From a virus: a stretch of DNA of 64,000 bases. The notes under the pieces were generated by a model. The model searched no databases, had not been told where the DNA came from, and saw nothing but the letters and a program-made list of their open reading frames with translations. Below are positions 11,101 to 19,000 of the stretch, in pieces. Position 1 is the stretch's first letter; each line of letters begins with the position of its first letter. The position numbers and the translations under genes were made by a program. The stretch lies in IMG/VR virus record IMGVR_UViG_3300045988_042533, positions 1 to 64,000 of that record. One strand, 5' to 3'.

Positions 11101-14100
11101 GGATGGTCTTCAGTTACAGGATGATAACAAAGTTCTTTAGAATAAGAAACTTCTTCTTTACCTGCCATCTTTTTGAATCCTACATTAGTAATCTGAGCTG
11201 CATGAAAACCTGGAAGAATTTGTCTAGTAATACCTCTATTAAATATTGATTGAGCAATACTTTCTAGTTTACTCATAGTATTAGAAAGTATAGCAGGCAT
11301 TTCAGCATTAGGTCTTTTAGTAATATTATTTATAGCTTGATTTTTAACAAGAGTTACATAATCAATCATATTACTATCAAGACCTAATCTCATACATTCT
11401 TCTCTAAGTTTATTAAAGAATACTTGATAATTAAGACCACTTATATTACCATCAGAATCAAGTTTAATATTACCGTTTTTATCAAGAGGAATATTTATTT
11501 CTCTACATATATCTTCAAAGCTCTCATAAATATTAGCTTCATAATTATTAAAGAAATCATCACGAGTTGCAGCTAATGGAGTACCATCAACAATATTATC
11601 AATCATCTTTTTAAGAATCTGAATACCAGCTTTATTTTCAGCATCAAGATGTTGAGGAGTTTCTTGCTGAGTATAAAGATGATTATAATCATATTCTTCT
11701 ATATAATCTTTAGCGTGAGCATTAAAGTCATCAATATTCTTCTGAGTAAGTTCACCTGTTTTTTCATCAAACAAACTAAGAACTCTTGCTTTACCTGCTT
11801 TAGAAGTTTCTTCAGTATTTAATTGGTCAATACCGTTTTCTTTCATCATATTGTAAACTTGTTCAAGTTGAGTACCTTTTATAAATTGAGGAACAAGAAC
11901 AAACTCAGCATTTTTAATTTGACGAGGAGCAAACGTATTTGTATTCTTATCAAAATACATATCATAATAGAAGTTCTTTTGAACTTGAACAAAGTTATCT
12001 AATTCTTTAGCAGAAAGTCTTTCTCCATTCATTATCTTTTTAATAAGAGGAAGATGGTCTCTAAGTTGACCTCTACCTGCAACACGTCTAATCCATTCTT
12101 CAAATGTAATATATGATTGAGCGTCATTGATTGTAGTTCTACTAAATCCACTCATAAGCTTTCTTGCAAAACTAACATCAAGATGAGCGTTTTTAACAAG
12201 GTCATGAACAAGACTTCCATCTTTATCTGTCAACTTATTAGTTGTATCTTCTGTATCAATCTTACATTCTTCAGATGTTGCTACAGTATTTTTAATAGTA
12301 ACACCATTAAATTTAGTCATTTGTTTAACATTAAGACCTAAATCAGTAAGATATTTTTGAACATCAGGATTATTAAGATAAGCTCCTTCTACAAGTTTAC
12401 TATCTTCTCTATAATCTTGACTATAATCAGCAAAACCATAAGGAACACCTGAAGCCTGACTTTCTTTAGCACGTTTAAGGAAAGTTTGAGTATCTTTATA
12501 AAACTTAGCATCACCTTCAAAAATATCATTAAAATTATAATAAGCAAGTCTATAATTAAGAGCAAAGTCATATATATTTTCATCACTATTCATAAGACCA
12601 GCAATATCAAGATTTTTAAATTGTTCAAATCTTTCTACTTGTTGATTAAGATAATGATTTATAAATTCATTAAGTTTCTCATTAAGTTTGGCTTCTTGAG
12701 TATCTGTAAGATTAACAGTTATATGACCTAGATTGTCAGTAGTATAGTGAATAAATGATTCATTAGCACCCCCGTAGAAGAAGTCTATTGTTTCATCTAT
12801 TATATCTTGACCGTAATTATGAATAGTTCCATCAGGGTCTGTAATACTAAATTTATCATCTGTAAATAATCTTCCTGTAAAATGCCAAGCACCTTTAGAA
12901 TCTTTCTCTATAAAATGTTTATGTCCTTTACCAACATGATAAACAGCATAAGCTTTTCTTGCAGATTCTTCATCAAGTCCCCAACCTTCTCTAAATTTAG
13001 GGTCTCCTGTTTTAACACCTTCAGGTTTAACTTCATTTTCAGTCCATAATATTATCTTACCTTCATCATCTGTTTGAAACCAAGTATTTATAGCATTAGC
13101 CATATCAGTAAGTTCTTGAACAAAAACATTACGATATTGAGCGTATAGAGGATGATTTATATTAAGTTTACGTTTAATTTCTACACCATTAATATTACCT
13201 TCTTTATAGGCTTTTCTTAATATAGCAGATTTAATAGAAGAAGTAATATTGATTGAATTTATATCTCCAACAATACTAGCAGTAGCATTGTCTATATAAG
13301 TTCTACCATAACTATCAAATTTAAGTTTACCTCTTATCATATATCTAGTTTCATTATTAGCTTCATCTTTATATGAATATCCTACTGAAACTACATCTCC
13401 TTCTTTAATATTATAACCTTCTAGAATATTATTAGGATAAACACGTCTATTTCTAATTCTATTAGATTGTAAATCACTAATCATTCTGTTATAATCTTTC
13501 TTAGAAGAAATATCAGTAAATTGACTAAGTTGTTCTTTACTATAATTATTTTCAATTTTAGAAAGTTTACTTAGTTCTTTATTAACTTCATTAGAAACTT
13601 CAGAAGCATTTTCTACAGTAAGAAGTTTTCCATATTTAGAATCATTATAATTATATCTAGCACTACGAACTATAAAGTTTTTAGGAGCATCAGAAGGAAT
13701 ACGCATAAAATATTGAGCAAAAGGAAGTTTTTCTTCAGCTCCTGAATAATCTTTCTCACAATTAAAATAATTAGCAAATGCAGTATAAACATAATCGCCT
13801 TGAGACATACCTGAATAAAGAACATTCTCTTCAGTGTTAGGATTACCTGCTCCATTAAACAGAGAAATAGATATTAGTTGACTAGCATAAGTTGTAGGAA
13901 CATACTTACCATTTTCATTGCGGAAAAGACCATAATTAATTATATTATTCTTATTATCACGTTTTTCAACAAGAATATTACTAAGATTGTATTGATTACC
14001 TTGAAATTTATAATCACCCCAATTCTGAAGGTCTTTATTTATTTTTCCTTCATAATTACTACTATTAAGAACATTCATTAATTCAGTAATCAAAGAACTA

Positions 14101-15914
14101 TTAATTATATCAGAACTTTGATTACCAACAGCGTTTTTAGAATTAAATTCTAATCTTGTAGTAGAATAAGATGCTATAGCATTAGCTAAATATATTGTTT
14201 GATTTATAGCTTTAGTAGATATAACATCCTCAAAAGGTAAAGGATTATTAGTTTCATTCTTTCTATTATCTTCTTCTACTCTATCATTTTCAGCTTTATT
14301 ATTTTGAGATTCAATAGCTCCTTTAACAGTATCTTCAAGTATAAGTTTGATAACTCTCATGTTATCAACTACATTTGTTTGATTATTGATTTTATTAACT
14401 CGAATATAATTTTCAATAGCTGTTTTATCCATAGAAGGATAATAATATTTTAATTGAGTTGTAAGTTTTTCAATTATTTCATTATATGTAGCTTGAGAAA
14501 TAAGACTATTCTTATCTCTTCTAGTTAACCTATTATATTTATCAATAAGTTTATCTACTTCATTAATAGTGTTTGATACTTCAGATGTTTCAACAGTAAA
14601 TGTAGTATGTTTAATATCATTTTGAAAATCAAATCTAATAGTTTGAATCCTGTTACTTTTTTTATTAGATTGAATAGGAGCAACATTACCTTCAACATCT
14701 ATTCTAGTTTCAGTTTTAGGCATTATTGTTTTAACAAAATCACGTCTAAATTTAATAGCAATATCTCTATTTTTATCAAGCATTTCAGCAAGAATATTCA
14801 AACCTCTAAGTTCAGAGTTTTTATTAGCTATATCTTTAATAGATTGTATAAATGAATCTAGATTTGTTCTATCAACACCACTAATTAAAGATGTACTAAC
14901 TAGTTTAGAGTCTATAAAATCAATACTTCCAAAAGGATTACTTCTATCATATTGAGGTTTACTTTTACTATCTTGTTCTATAGATATTACTTTAGGTATA
15001 GTAGCAAGTATTGATTTAACATCTAAATCGTAAGATTTCATAAAATTACTACTCATTCCACTATTATCGTCCCATCTAGAAGTAGTTCCATCTACATCAT
15101 ATTCTTTCATTAAATCATCAACATCTTCATCACCAACTTCTCCATTAACTATTTCTTCTAAACCTGAATCATAATTAATGTCTTCATCTAAAACAGATTT
15201 ACTATCAAATCTAAGTTCTCCAAGCCTAGAATCAGTATTAATAACTTTATTGAAGAATTTTATTTTATTAGTAGCCATTTCTCTATAAAGAGCAAATGTA
15301 TTTCTAATAGAATCATCAGATTCTGAAAGTTCTTTAGCTATTTTATTAAGATGTCTACCATCCATAGGTTTAAGTTCTTCAAATATAGCATCTTTATTAA
15401 CTTTTGTAACTTCCAAACCTCTAACTTCACAAATTATTCCAGCTAGAACTTTACGTGTCATATTGATACATCTATCTGCATAATAGTTCAATCTATCTTC
15501 TTTATGTTCAGAAAGTTTACCTTTAATTAAATCAGATTGATAAAATGAAAGAAATTTATTAGCAGCAAATCTAGTACTAAATATTTTAGCATCAGTATTA
15601 ACATAACCGTAAGCTGTAACTTCTTTATCATATTCTTTATCAACAGATTGATAATTAACATCAAAATGTTCAGAATTATAATAATCAAGCATAACTTTAG
15701 CTTCATCTTTTGGTGTAAGATTTTTATCTGAATATTGAACAATATTAGCTAAATATTCTTCAAACTTACTAGTATATCCACTTTCACTATTACCATCATA
15801 GATAAGACTAGCTATAGCAACAAACTTACCATAATCATTAGATAGTTTCTTTTTGAGAGCCGTGCCACTCTCGGTTTCTGCAAACTTAGCAGCAATTAAA
15901 TTACAATCGTTCAT
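2103..15914 (-). CDS. giant virion protein containing a crAss-type virion RNA polymerase module
   Basis: Uninterrupted 13.8-kb ORF (4603 aa). The segment GYRIPTEGKQSVCVMKVVGFIDDGCGSTIVVPNDWVSQTGSDFDIDSVYG parallels the beta-prime NRAPTLHR...NADFDGD double-psi beta-barrel catalytic loop. The C-terminal part has glycine-zipper/hydrophobic stretches. Its position after the tail/cargo block matches crAss-like genomes. Confidence 0.85.
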   Translation of the reverse strand: MNDCNLIAAKFAETESGTALKKKLSNDYGKFVAIASLIYDGNSESGYTSKFEEYLANIVQYSDKNLTPKDEAKVMLDYYNSEHFDVNYQSVDKEYDKEVTAYGYVNTDAKIFSTRFAANKFLSFYQSDLIKGKLSEHKEDRLNYYADRCINMTRKVLAGIICEVRGLEVTKVNKDAIFEELKPMDGRHLNKIAKELSESDDSIRNTFALYREMATNKIKFFNKVINTDSRLGELRFDSKSVLDEDINYDSGLEEIVNGEVGDEDVDDLMKEYDVDGTTSRWDDNSGMSSNFMKSYDLDVKSILATIPKVISIEQDSKSKPQYDRSNPFGSIDFIDSKLVSTSLISGVDRTNLDSFIQSIKDIANKNSELRGLNILAEMLDKNRDIAIKFRRDFVKTIMPKTETRIDVEGNVAPIQSNKKSNRIQTIRFDFQNDIKHTTFTVETSEVSNTINEVDKLIDKYNRLTRRDKNSLISQATYNEIIEKLTTQLKYYYPSMDKTAIENYIRVNKINNQTNVVDNMRVIKLILEDTVKGAIESQNNKAENDRVEEDNRKNETNNPLPFEDVISTKAINQTIYLANAIASYSTTRLEFNSKNAVGNQSSDIINSSLITELMNVLNSSNYEGKINKDLQNWGDYKFQGNQYNLSNILVEKRDNKNNIINYGLFRNENGKYVPTTYASQLISISLFNGAGNPNTEENVLYSGMSQGDYVYTAFANYFNCEKDYSGAEEKLPFAQYFMRIPSDAPKNFIVRSARYNYNDSKYGKLLTVENASEVSNEVNKELSKLSKIENNYSKEQLSQFTDISSKKDYNRMISDLQSNRIRNRRVYPNNILEGYNIKEGDVVSVGYSYKDEANNETRYMIRGKLKFDSYGRTYIDNATASIVGDINSINITSSIKSAILRKAYKEGNINGVEIKRKLNINHPLYAQYRNVFVQELTDMANAINTWFQTDDEGKIILWTENEVKPEGVKTGDPKFREGWGLDEESARKAYAVYHVGKGHKHFIEKDSKGAWHFTGRLFTDDKFSITDPDGTIHNYGQDIIDETIDFFYGGANESFIHYTTDNLGHITVNLTDTQEAKLNEKLNEFINHYLNQQVERFEQFKNLDIAGLMNSDENIYDFALNYRLAYYNFNDIFEGDAKFYKDTQTFLKRAKESQASGVPYGFADYSQDYREDSKLVEGAYLNNPDVQKYLTDLGLNVKQMTKFNGVTIKNTVATSEECKIDTEDTTNKLTDKDGSLVHDLVKNAHLDVSFARKLMSGFSRTTINDAQSYITFEEWIRRVAGRGQLRDHLPLIKKIMNGERLSAKELDNFVQVQKNFYYDMYFDKNTNTFAPRQIKNAEFVLVPQFIKGTQLEQVYNMMKENGIDQLNTEETSKAGKARVLSLFDEKTGELTQKNIDDFNAHAKDYIEEYDYNHLYTQQETPQHLDAENKAGIQILKKMIDNIVDGTPLAATRDDFFNNYEANIYESFEDICREINIPLDKNGNIKLDSDGNISGLNYQVFFNKLREECMRLGLDSNMIDYVTLVKNQAINNITKRPNAEMPAILSNTMSKLESIAQSIFNRGITRQILPGFHAAQITNVGFKKMAGKEEVSYSKELCYHPVTEDHPEGERYIEIMLPKANFNFAKDDDGNYIHSDEELLKQLQEAKLDEIIGYRIPTEGKQSVCVMKVVGFIDDGCGSTIVVPNDWVSQTGSDFDIDSVYGIQYESRLDRNKHIQKIDYVENPDVFDYFDYVNRGVEKTERLPKGAKKQFEEALNYIKEADDKSRAELSEEEQEAYDALSDESKQLVKDANIAFNQTVTRQENGKLTREDYIKQIKFVADYVRTNKSTLDEADENFLEVHDAMSDSIENYGKYMRQMKSNAIKEVQQKRLNDFEARAKKLGLISFKEFINSDASKINSRRARNNRILDDFKKILKDDSSLEENLSRSNFDDIIEARNKLIANSPIKTVRDNRSPYDFMDQAAYQEDVMSGAKLKAFSVTRDTFNSVCNKVKPTINKEYAVNVVYNYNNENDLETYKKRFGADNVEDLGNHRVRITHTTIGYTYDNKNITGKILTAYSSQTTAHILDAVKEGAIPNVNDFTFAVYKTLPDIGIDYDTAIAFIMQPAIRRIVDAYNANKSIYSEDSNKPIEEAIKSVAIDMGLDITQEDSLGSVLEKVNTQFDTKFDVNKNPLWLDYSQLYNRINKNTKGYSSPVEGLFDMRVLLAYNHINKLAQHIGSLARVCNPDRFGAKQTLFQTNKVFDDINELIQTDRGKHPILLKDDMSMLESIYPGIISINQVTGVPYVDVDNFIKSDISNSSYKSLAAFLKYSTATSTKINSMLFETETDWFKNIVFSLEDKFSFDRHITEKEYKDFKQYILNATYNDTDFMKLPTTMDLIDGQWRQVVDSDTTEADERIRIFGYNRNQNIPFKCKNIAEPTKEEVDKFSKLSPAQKVAWLQLNSVDSGIFGCLKVNLYNAYEARTKGQSKQSILFNDDATDVETAFMLYNKAFNSTNPLVKMAAVDLIKYSFLVEGFKMRRNAVNKIITNRALKDSTSFVKADGSFDSLVNQIKDSFNSYAGNFDIAENYVRAHSNANFIKHKTVSKVRKGKLLVDELTRKGRGLIYMDLTNPEAYEDERYTLTESLVNKELSQDERNNIKNRIKELDKSIEKANNDRKLAIKYGIVNDASTKDDSWLFTENSYVELTFNSKDEDGNKKVNQHLYKITRQGDRIFAYPINKLEENESAEFSTTKDNNKFASRAFYEAYINRINDIESESIKFLTPEELNDMAADYRSDIHIKKVANRFTFDINKPGKYEEGGAKDAITKIGETYLALDRTSKPFNIQNLYLYNKVNYKFGNKQTISYIDAEGNEVNEDFIFRRQTTNEINRMKADGITPKPNTVVCKRVVKPKKVDANDVDKASKIIDFELEAVANMRKQKEQGDRDAGKQVNRIENKGIKETIDDYERYQDEIYDAIHQYVKTKYQYLNDRINQFVKDEDGHYLSIDDSKVIDIIRNNDIARNDFLKVILETRALTDKYSDILDFNLDEVENKNVKENIKNIQNIIRELSVNGIIARAENRFGNDFLAKLSDDPMIQNDMVSIFDGFHSTSWFDAWIGDLQDSGNKLVQIVTKNVMADIRAKDMQAERLLSDYDNKIADIYARARAEGLNIDQDKIFGKDGNFINSYNDKLRPAIKELFLNYNEARKNIQNDPETYIKAKRAYDKFKIDHINQPFVKEYYQELYDAETPIVENHIEIYSEWVKLNDEIRDINARRINGVLTPEFEEELTKVRNQIDNLRSTFDYSTMDIKPTYDYGIPGTKWVDAGMTDYKIVNPEVYRKARLNNYVDAAALDKFLTNRNEIRSKYINHTTKASFEDKLDKCLAIIDSAEKRDNYGRITTSTYQLENNDEYKAAKEWLKNNAYFAVDDEIKEELNEAYKVLGFKSSNNRTKVVIKKHENKGENVRDEFGRIDGRLFTEEEQDAVRKDLESKLKINTREPYSERVLISNGPEVNEIYPTVVYKYLQANGIPNKEYLAIVEKINNILRKHYNSSTKRVETSKMTEDELDALYNAYQPLFLGVKKTVESTNGKTVAWFIRKYVDTDYYNHTAFEAERALAESKGENYYRKWQKVNLMKTPKVTKSGEVITDSLGNIVYDESIPLKPNRYLYGALKVDMEEYLKKKSKSAKEKLIKEMEDKTKALATINNRLETVETPYYDETFRAMKAKGEREFNKWYERNHVYNPYTHRMQPTGIWQTTRVKHELDNGTWQPKFSQLESEPKEEYKNKYFVSGTDSANNYRTKEQDDELGYEHDSTYDNIVETNKYEDELKAYLKDMCLNLASTSQAKHYFNTGKFVQSVKEPEHDKQWWLKQVKETVGYSDYGKTSRDEWYDNMSYSEDITPGMPMLIDRLRNKRSYEIEKELEDSRPRKAAYEGDEEAYEKAKEAWYKRKEVAEKELNDIHNSLVNRDFNEVMRSFIKAACHYNAVQDNKYILHYTRNMLARTKVYKTTLGFNNLTKINKDKDNPRYTQTRDDKLVEQFENWMRRVLYNQYKQNNGNYTKFANIIQSITSSKFMMLNITGGIGNITVGETAIIGEAIAKEFFNKNDYLKGKEMWMAGVASFIAGRGKDTSTTLADAIRKFMDVIDFDAMNYAPEGSVEAKAFKNFRDFMYSPNSMGEDLMQNGAMFSMMYSNRLIEVPDAENKGRLKYKAMTLQEYINKCHEEALKNIIQGTDLEAKFTSFLNDIKHDDNKLKDYIWGRRDFTTEFANIYLNNVEKRKFIAERKKLRETTTTEFESHKTIMEQLELKNGKLAFKEGSILDQLDKSSIAEGKKVSDALKFMAEFKGKVISVNKEIHGNYDKLSAAQIEKNWWGSLVMQYHKHIYPGILKHWRRKGYYNEERGFNVIGCGPALYDFLTLPIRKHKAIARMPEAQRETIEATQNLLKDYVDLALNAKLNFNLMNDNQQAAILRGMQDACGALAAILTAIAIRVAWDDDKLKDSWFANLALYSADSLASQSMMYNPVFLPGEFKKLWSSPIASVTMPSDILDACNIIAKGLMTDDYEWDYTTGRYRGQNKLAVKLTRQIPIYRSYSNLTGLNQSNSYYKLGDNMLSIIDVKGIADAVKGK
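9336..9350 (-). repeat. GC-box copy B (CTCTACGGGGGAGCT, one T missing)
   Basis: Inside the 4603-aa ORF, translated SSPVEG. Confidence 0.8.
10827..10841 (-). other. codons for the DFDID putative metal-binding (DxDxD) catalytic motif
   Basis: The minus strand reads gac ttt gat att gat, within the GSDFDIDS context of the 4603-aa ORF (around residue 1692). Confidence 0.7.
12765..12780 (+). repeat. GC-box copy C (AGCACCCCCGTAGAAG)
   Basis: Inside the 4603-aa ORF in the opposite orientation, translated FFYGGA. Confidence 0.9.
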
Positions 15915-15983
15915 ATTAGTTTATTATTAAATTAAACATTAGGTCTAAGACCATCATTTATATTAATTTCTATTTATTTGACT

Positions 15984-16016
15984 TAAAATAAAGCCATCTG
16001 AACAATTCAAATAGCT
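15984..16016 (-). terminator. imperfect hairpin + T-run after the 2387-aa ORF
   Basis: AGCCATCTGAA (15992-16002) pairs with TTCAAATAGCT (16006-16016), 9 of 11 pairs. The minus strand then reads TTTATTTTAAG. Confidence 0.4.
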
Positions 16017-16028
16017 TTGCTGATTAAT

Positions 16029-19000
16029 CTATCGACAAACTATTTCTAATTCACCTGAAGCAATCCTAGACGTTGCTATGGCTCTTTCCTGTAGCGGAAC
16101 GTCCTCCAAAGCAGCTGTTAATGACGGATATTCTCTGATTACACTAAACATGTCTTCATCATCATCTTCAATAGATTTTTTATTATATGTATTCAAATCA
16201 TTATAATTATCGTCATCATCATCTTCATCTTCTTCAGAAACTTGAACAGATTGTTCTTCTGTTTCTGTAGTTTCATTCTCTGTTTCAGTTGTAGATTGCT
16301 CATTAGTTGAATCACCTTCTACGGGGGTATTAGTTGTAGAAGTTGTACTATTAGAACTATTTGAAGTAGTATCAGTTTTAGCTTTCTTAAATACTTCTCC
16401 AAGTATATTAAATTCTTTAGCTCTAAGACTATTATCAGCAATGTCAAAGTTAAACAATTTAGATATAAATTGCATTATTCTTTGCCATAAAGTTTTAGCT
16501 TTTCCAACTTCTTCACCTTCAACTTTAACGTGATTCATATAAGATGCTAAAGCTGAACTAGTTAGAGATTCAACTACAAACTCTTCAAGTTTAATTTCAG
16601 AATCAGATATATCAGAATATCTTAAATCAGTGAGAAACTTTTTTAGTTCATCAGCTGTTTTATTATTAAGATTATAACCTCTTCTTTCATTAACAGCAGC
16701 TAAATTACCTGACTCTATATCAACTAAATCAAGTTCACTTTCTCTAAAAAAATCATCATAAACAGATTGAAGATTTCTTTTTATCTTTTTACCTTGATTA
16801 GTAGAAAGCTTAGTATGAAGTCTTTCGTGAATTAATATTCTAGCAGCTCTATTTCCACCACCTTTATTGGCATCAGTAGCAATATCTATAAATTCATCAC
16901 CTATTATAATTTCATGACTTTTACCTTTATTTATAGCTACAGCTTCTTCATTTGATTCTTTAAGAGCTTTATCATCATAAGTTACTTTAGCAGGAAATAC
17001 TTCATTAAGAAGAACACTCTTTTTATTCTTTTCAATAATATCAGCAACTTCTTTAGTTACTAGAGATTTAACTATATCAAGACCTTGAGTTTCACTATCA
17101 GATTTAGTAATATCTTGAACAAGCTTTTTTGTAGATTCAAATCTAGAGGATTTATTAGAAGGTTGATTATACTCTTCTACGGGGGTGCTAGTTTCATTAG
17201 TATCAACTCTATTACTTAAAGCAGTTATACCAAAACCTGCATTAAATTGTTTTCTAATACCTTTATCTCTATAATTACTACTATTTTCTTGGTCAAGATT
17301 AACTCTTACTAAATTATTACTTATGATAAAATCATTATAACTTTCAGCGTTAGTATGAAAACCAGGAATATTTTTATAAGCAGGTATATCAATACTAAAT
17401 TTACCTTTTTCAACATTAATAAAACTATTATGAATAAGAATATTAGAATTATTATCACTTTCAATAAGAGTTCTATTTATATTAAATCTAATATTATCTT
17501 TAATTATTTGTCTAAGTTTATCACCTACTTCGTTAAATTTATAATTAACTGCTTTACCACCTTGTTTTTCAACAAATGGAATTAAATCAGGAATTGGAGT
17601 TCCATTAGTTCCTTTCCTATAAAATGTAAATCCCACTTTATATCCATAGTTAATATAATAAGTTCCACTATTATCTTGACCAAATGTGATGCCATTAAAC
17701 AAGCCTTGGTTGCTTACATTAAAAGCAGTGTTTATAAAGTTTCTAAGTTCATTCCAATCTTCAGGAGATTGAACATTTTCTATTTTAGCAACAAGTTGTT
17801 CAACAACAGTATCTACAAGTTTGTCAAACATTTGACTTCTTGGAATAGAAACTTCTTTTCCTTTTCTAATATAACTTCCTTGAGCATAATGCAATGGGAA
17901 AGCTTGAATATAATCAATAGTTCCATTTTGATTTTCTATAGTCATATAAGTTTGACCATTTTTAGAACTATAACTACTTGTAGAGCTACGACCACTCGAT
18001 ATAACACTTCCACCACCAGTTCCAACACTTATTCTAGCAGAAACATTAGGAGATAAAGCTGATTGAATCGGAATTGCAACTTTTTCTGTAGCATAAACAT
18101 TTCCTTCAGAATCAGTTTCATTTCTATCAGTAGCTCTAATTATTTCTCCACTATTTATAGTATTTATTAGATAAGTAATATCAGGTTTGTTTACTAAATC
18201 AAGAACTTGATTACATTGACTTCTGAGTTTATCATACCATTCATCAAAACTACTAGAAACAACATCACCATCTTTAGCTAAATCTGCGTTATATTGCCAA
18301 AGTTTACCAAGACCTTCTAAAGCACGTTTATAAGTAATACGATTGTTATCTACAGATAAATAACCTTCTCTAATGGCTTCTTTAATTAGAGGATGATTTT
18401 GAAAAGCTTTAACATCATCTTTAGTTATTTCTTCAAAAGCAGCTTTATATATTATATTATTTAATGATTCAAATTCAGGAGTATCTTTATTAGCTATAGA
18501 TTTAAGCCAATCTTTAAAATCACCATCATTATTTTCATCACTTTTAGAAATAACATAATTCCATCCATCACGATTAATTTTCCAACGACCATGAACATCC
18601 ATATCAGGCATACCAATATAACCTACAGTTATACCATTATGTTTAGCTAACAAAACTTTAGTATTTTTACCAGGTTTTTGACTAAGTTCAAAAGTTATTT
18701 CATCATTAAGCTTAAGATTCTTTAGTTCATCTTCTGAGTGTTTAATATCATTAGGGTCTGAAATTATTTCACCAAGATTTGTATCAATACTTCTAGTAAT
18801 ATCTTCTCCAGCAGTATTTATAGGTTTTATAAAAGATTTATTTGCTCTAGCAAGAAAATCTATTCTACCAAGTTCAGAATCATCTATAAGTACTATATCG
18901 TTTTTAGCACTATCTGAAGTCAAATATGCTTTTACAGCATCAAATATGAAATTATTATATTCACCATTACTAGGTATAACTTTTTCTGCCCAACGAAGAA

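Noticed and set aside
2664-15742. Numerous 60-190-aa ORFs in the track, in alternative frames on both strands, lying inside the 4603-aa gene. Equivalent ones lie inside every other long minus-strand gene.
   Set aside because: They lie entirely inside, or in alternative frames of, much longer continuous ORFs. Their translations are I/F/K/N/S-rich low-complexity strings typical of non-coding frames in AT-rich DNA. None has a recognisable motif or its own start context.
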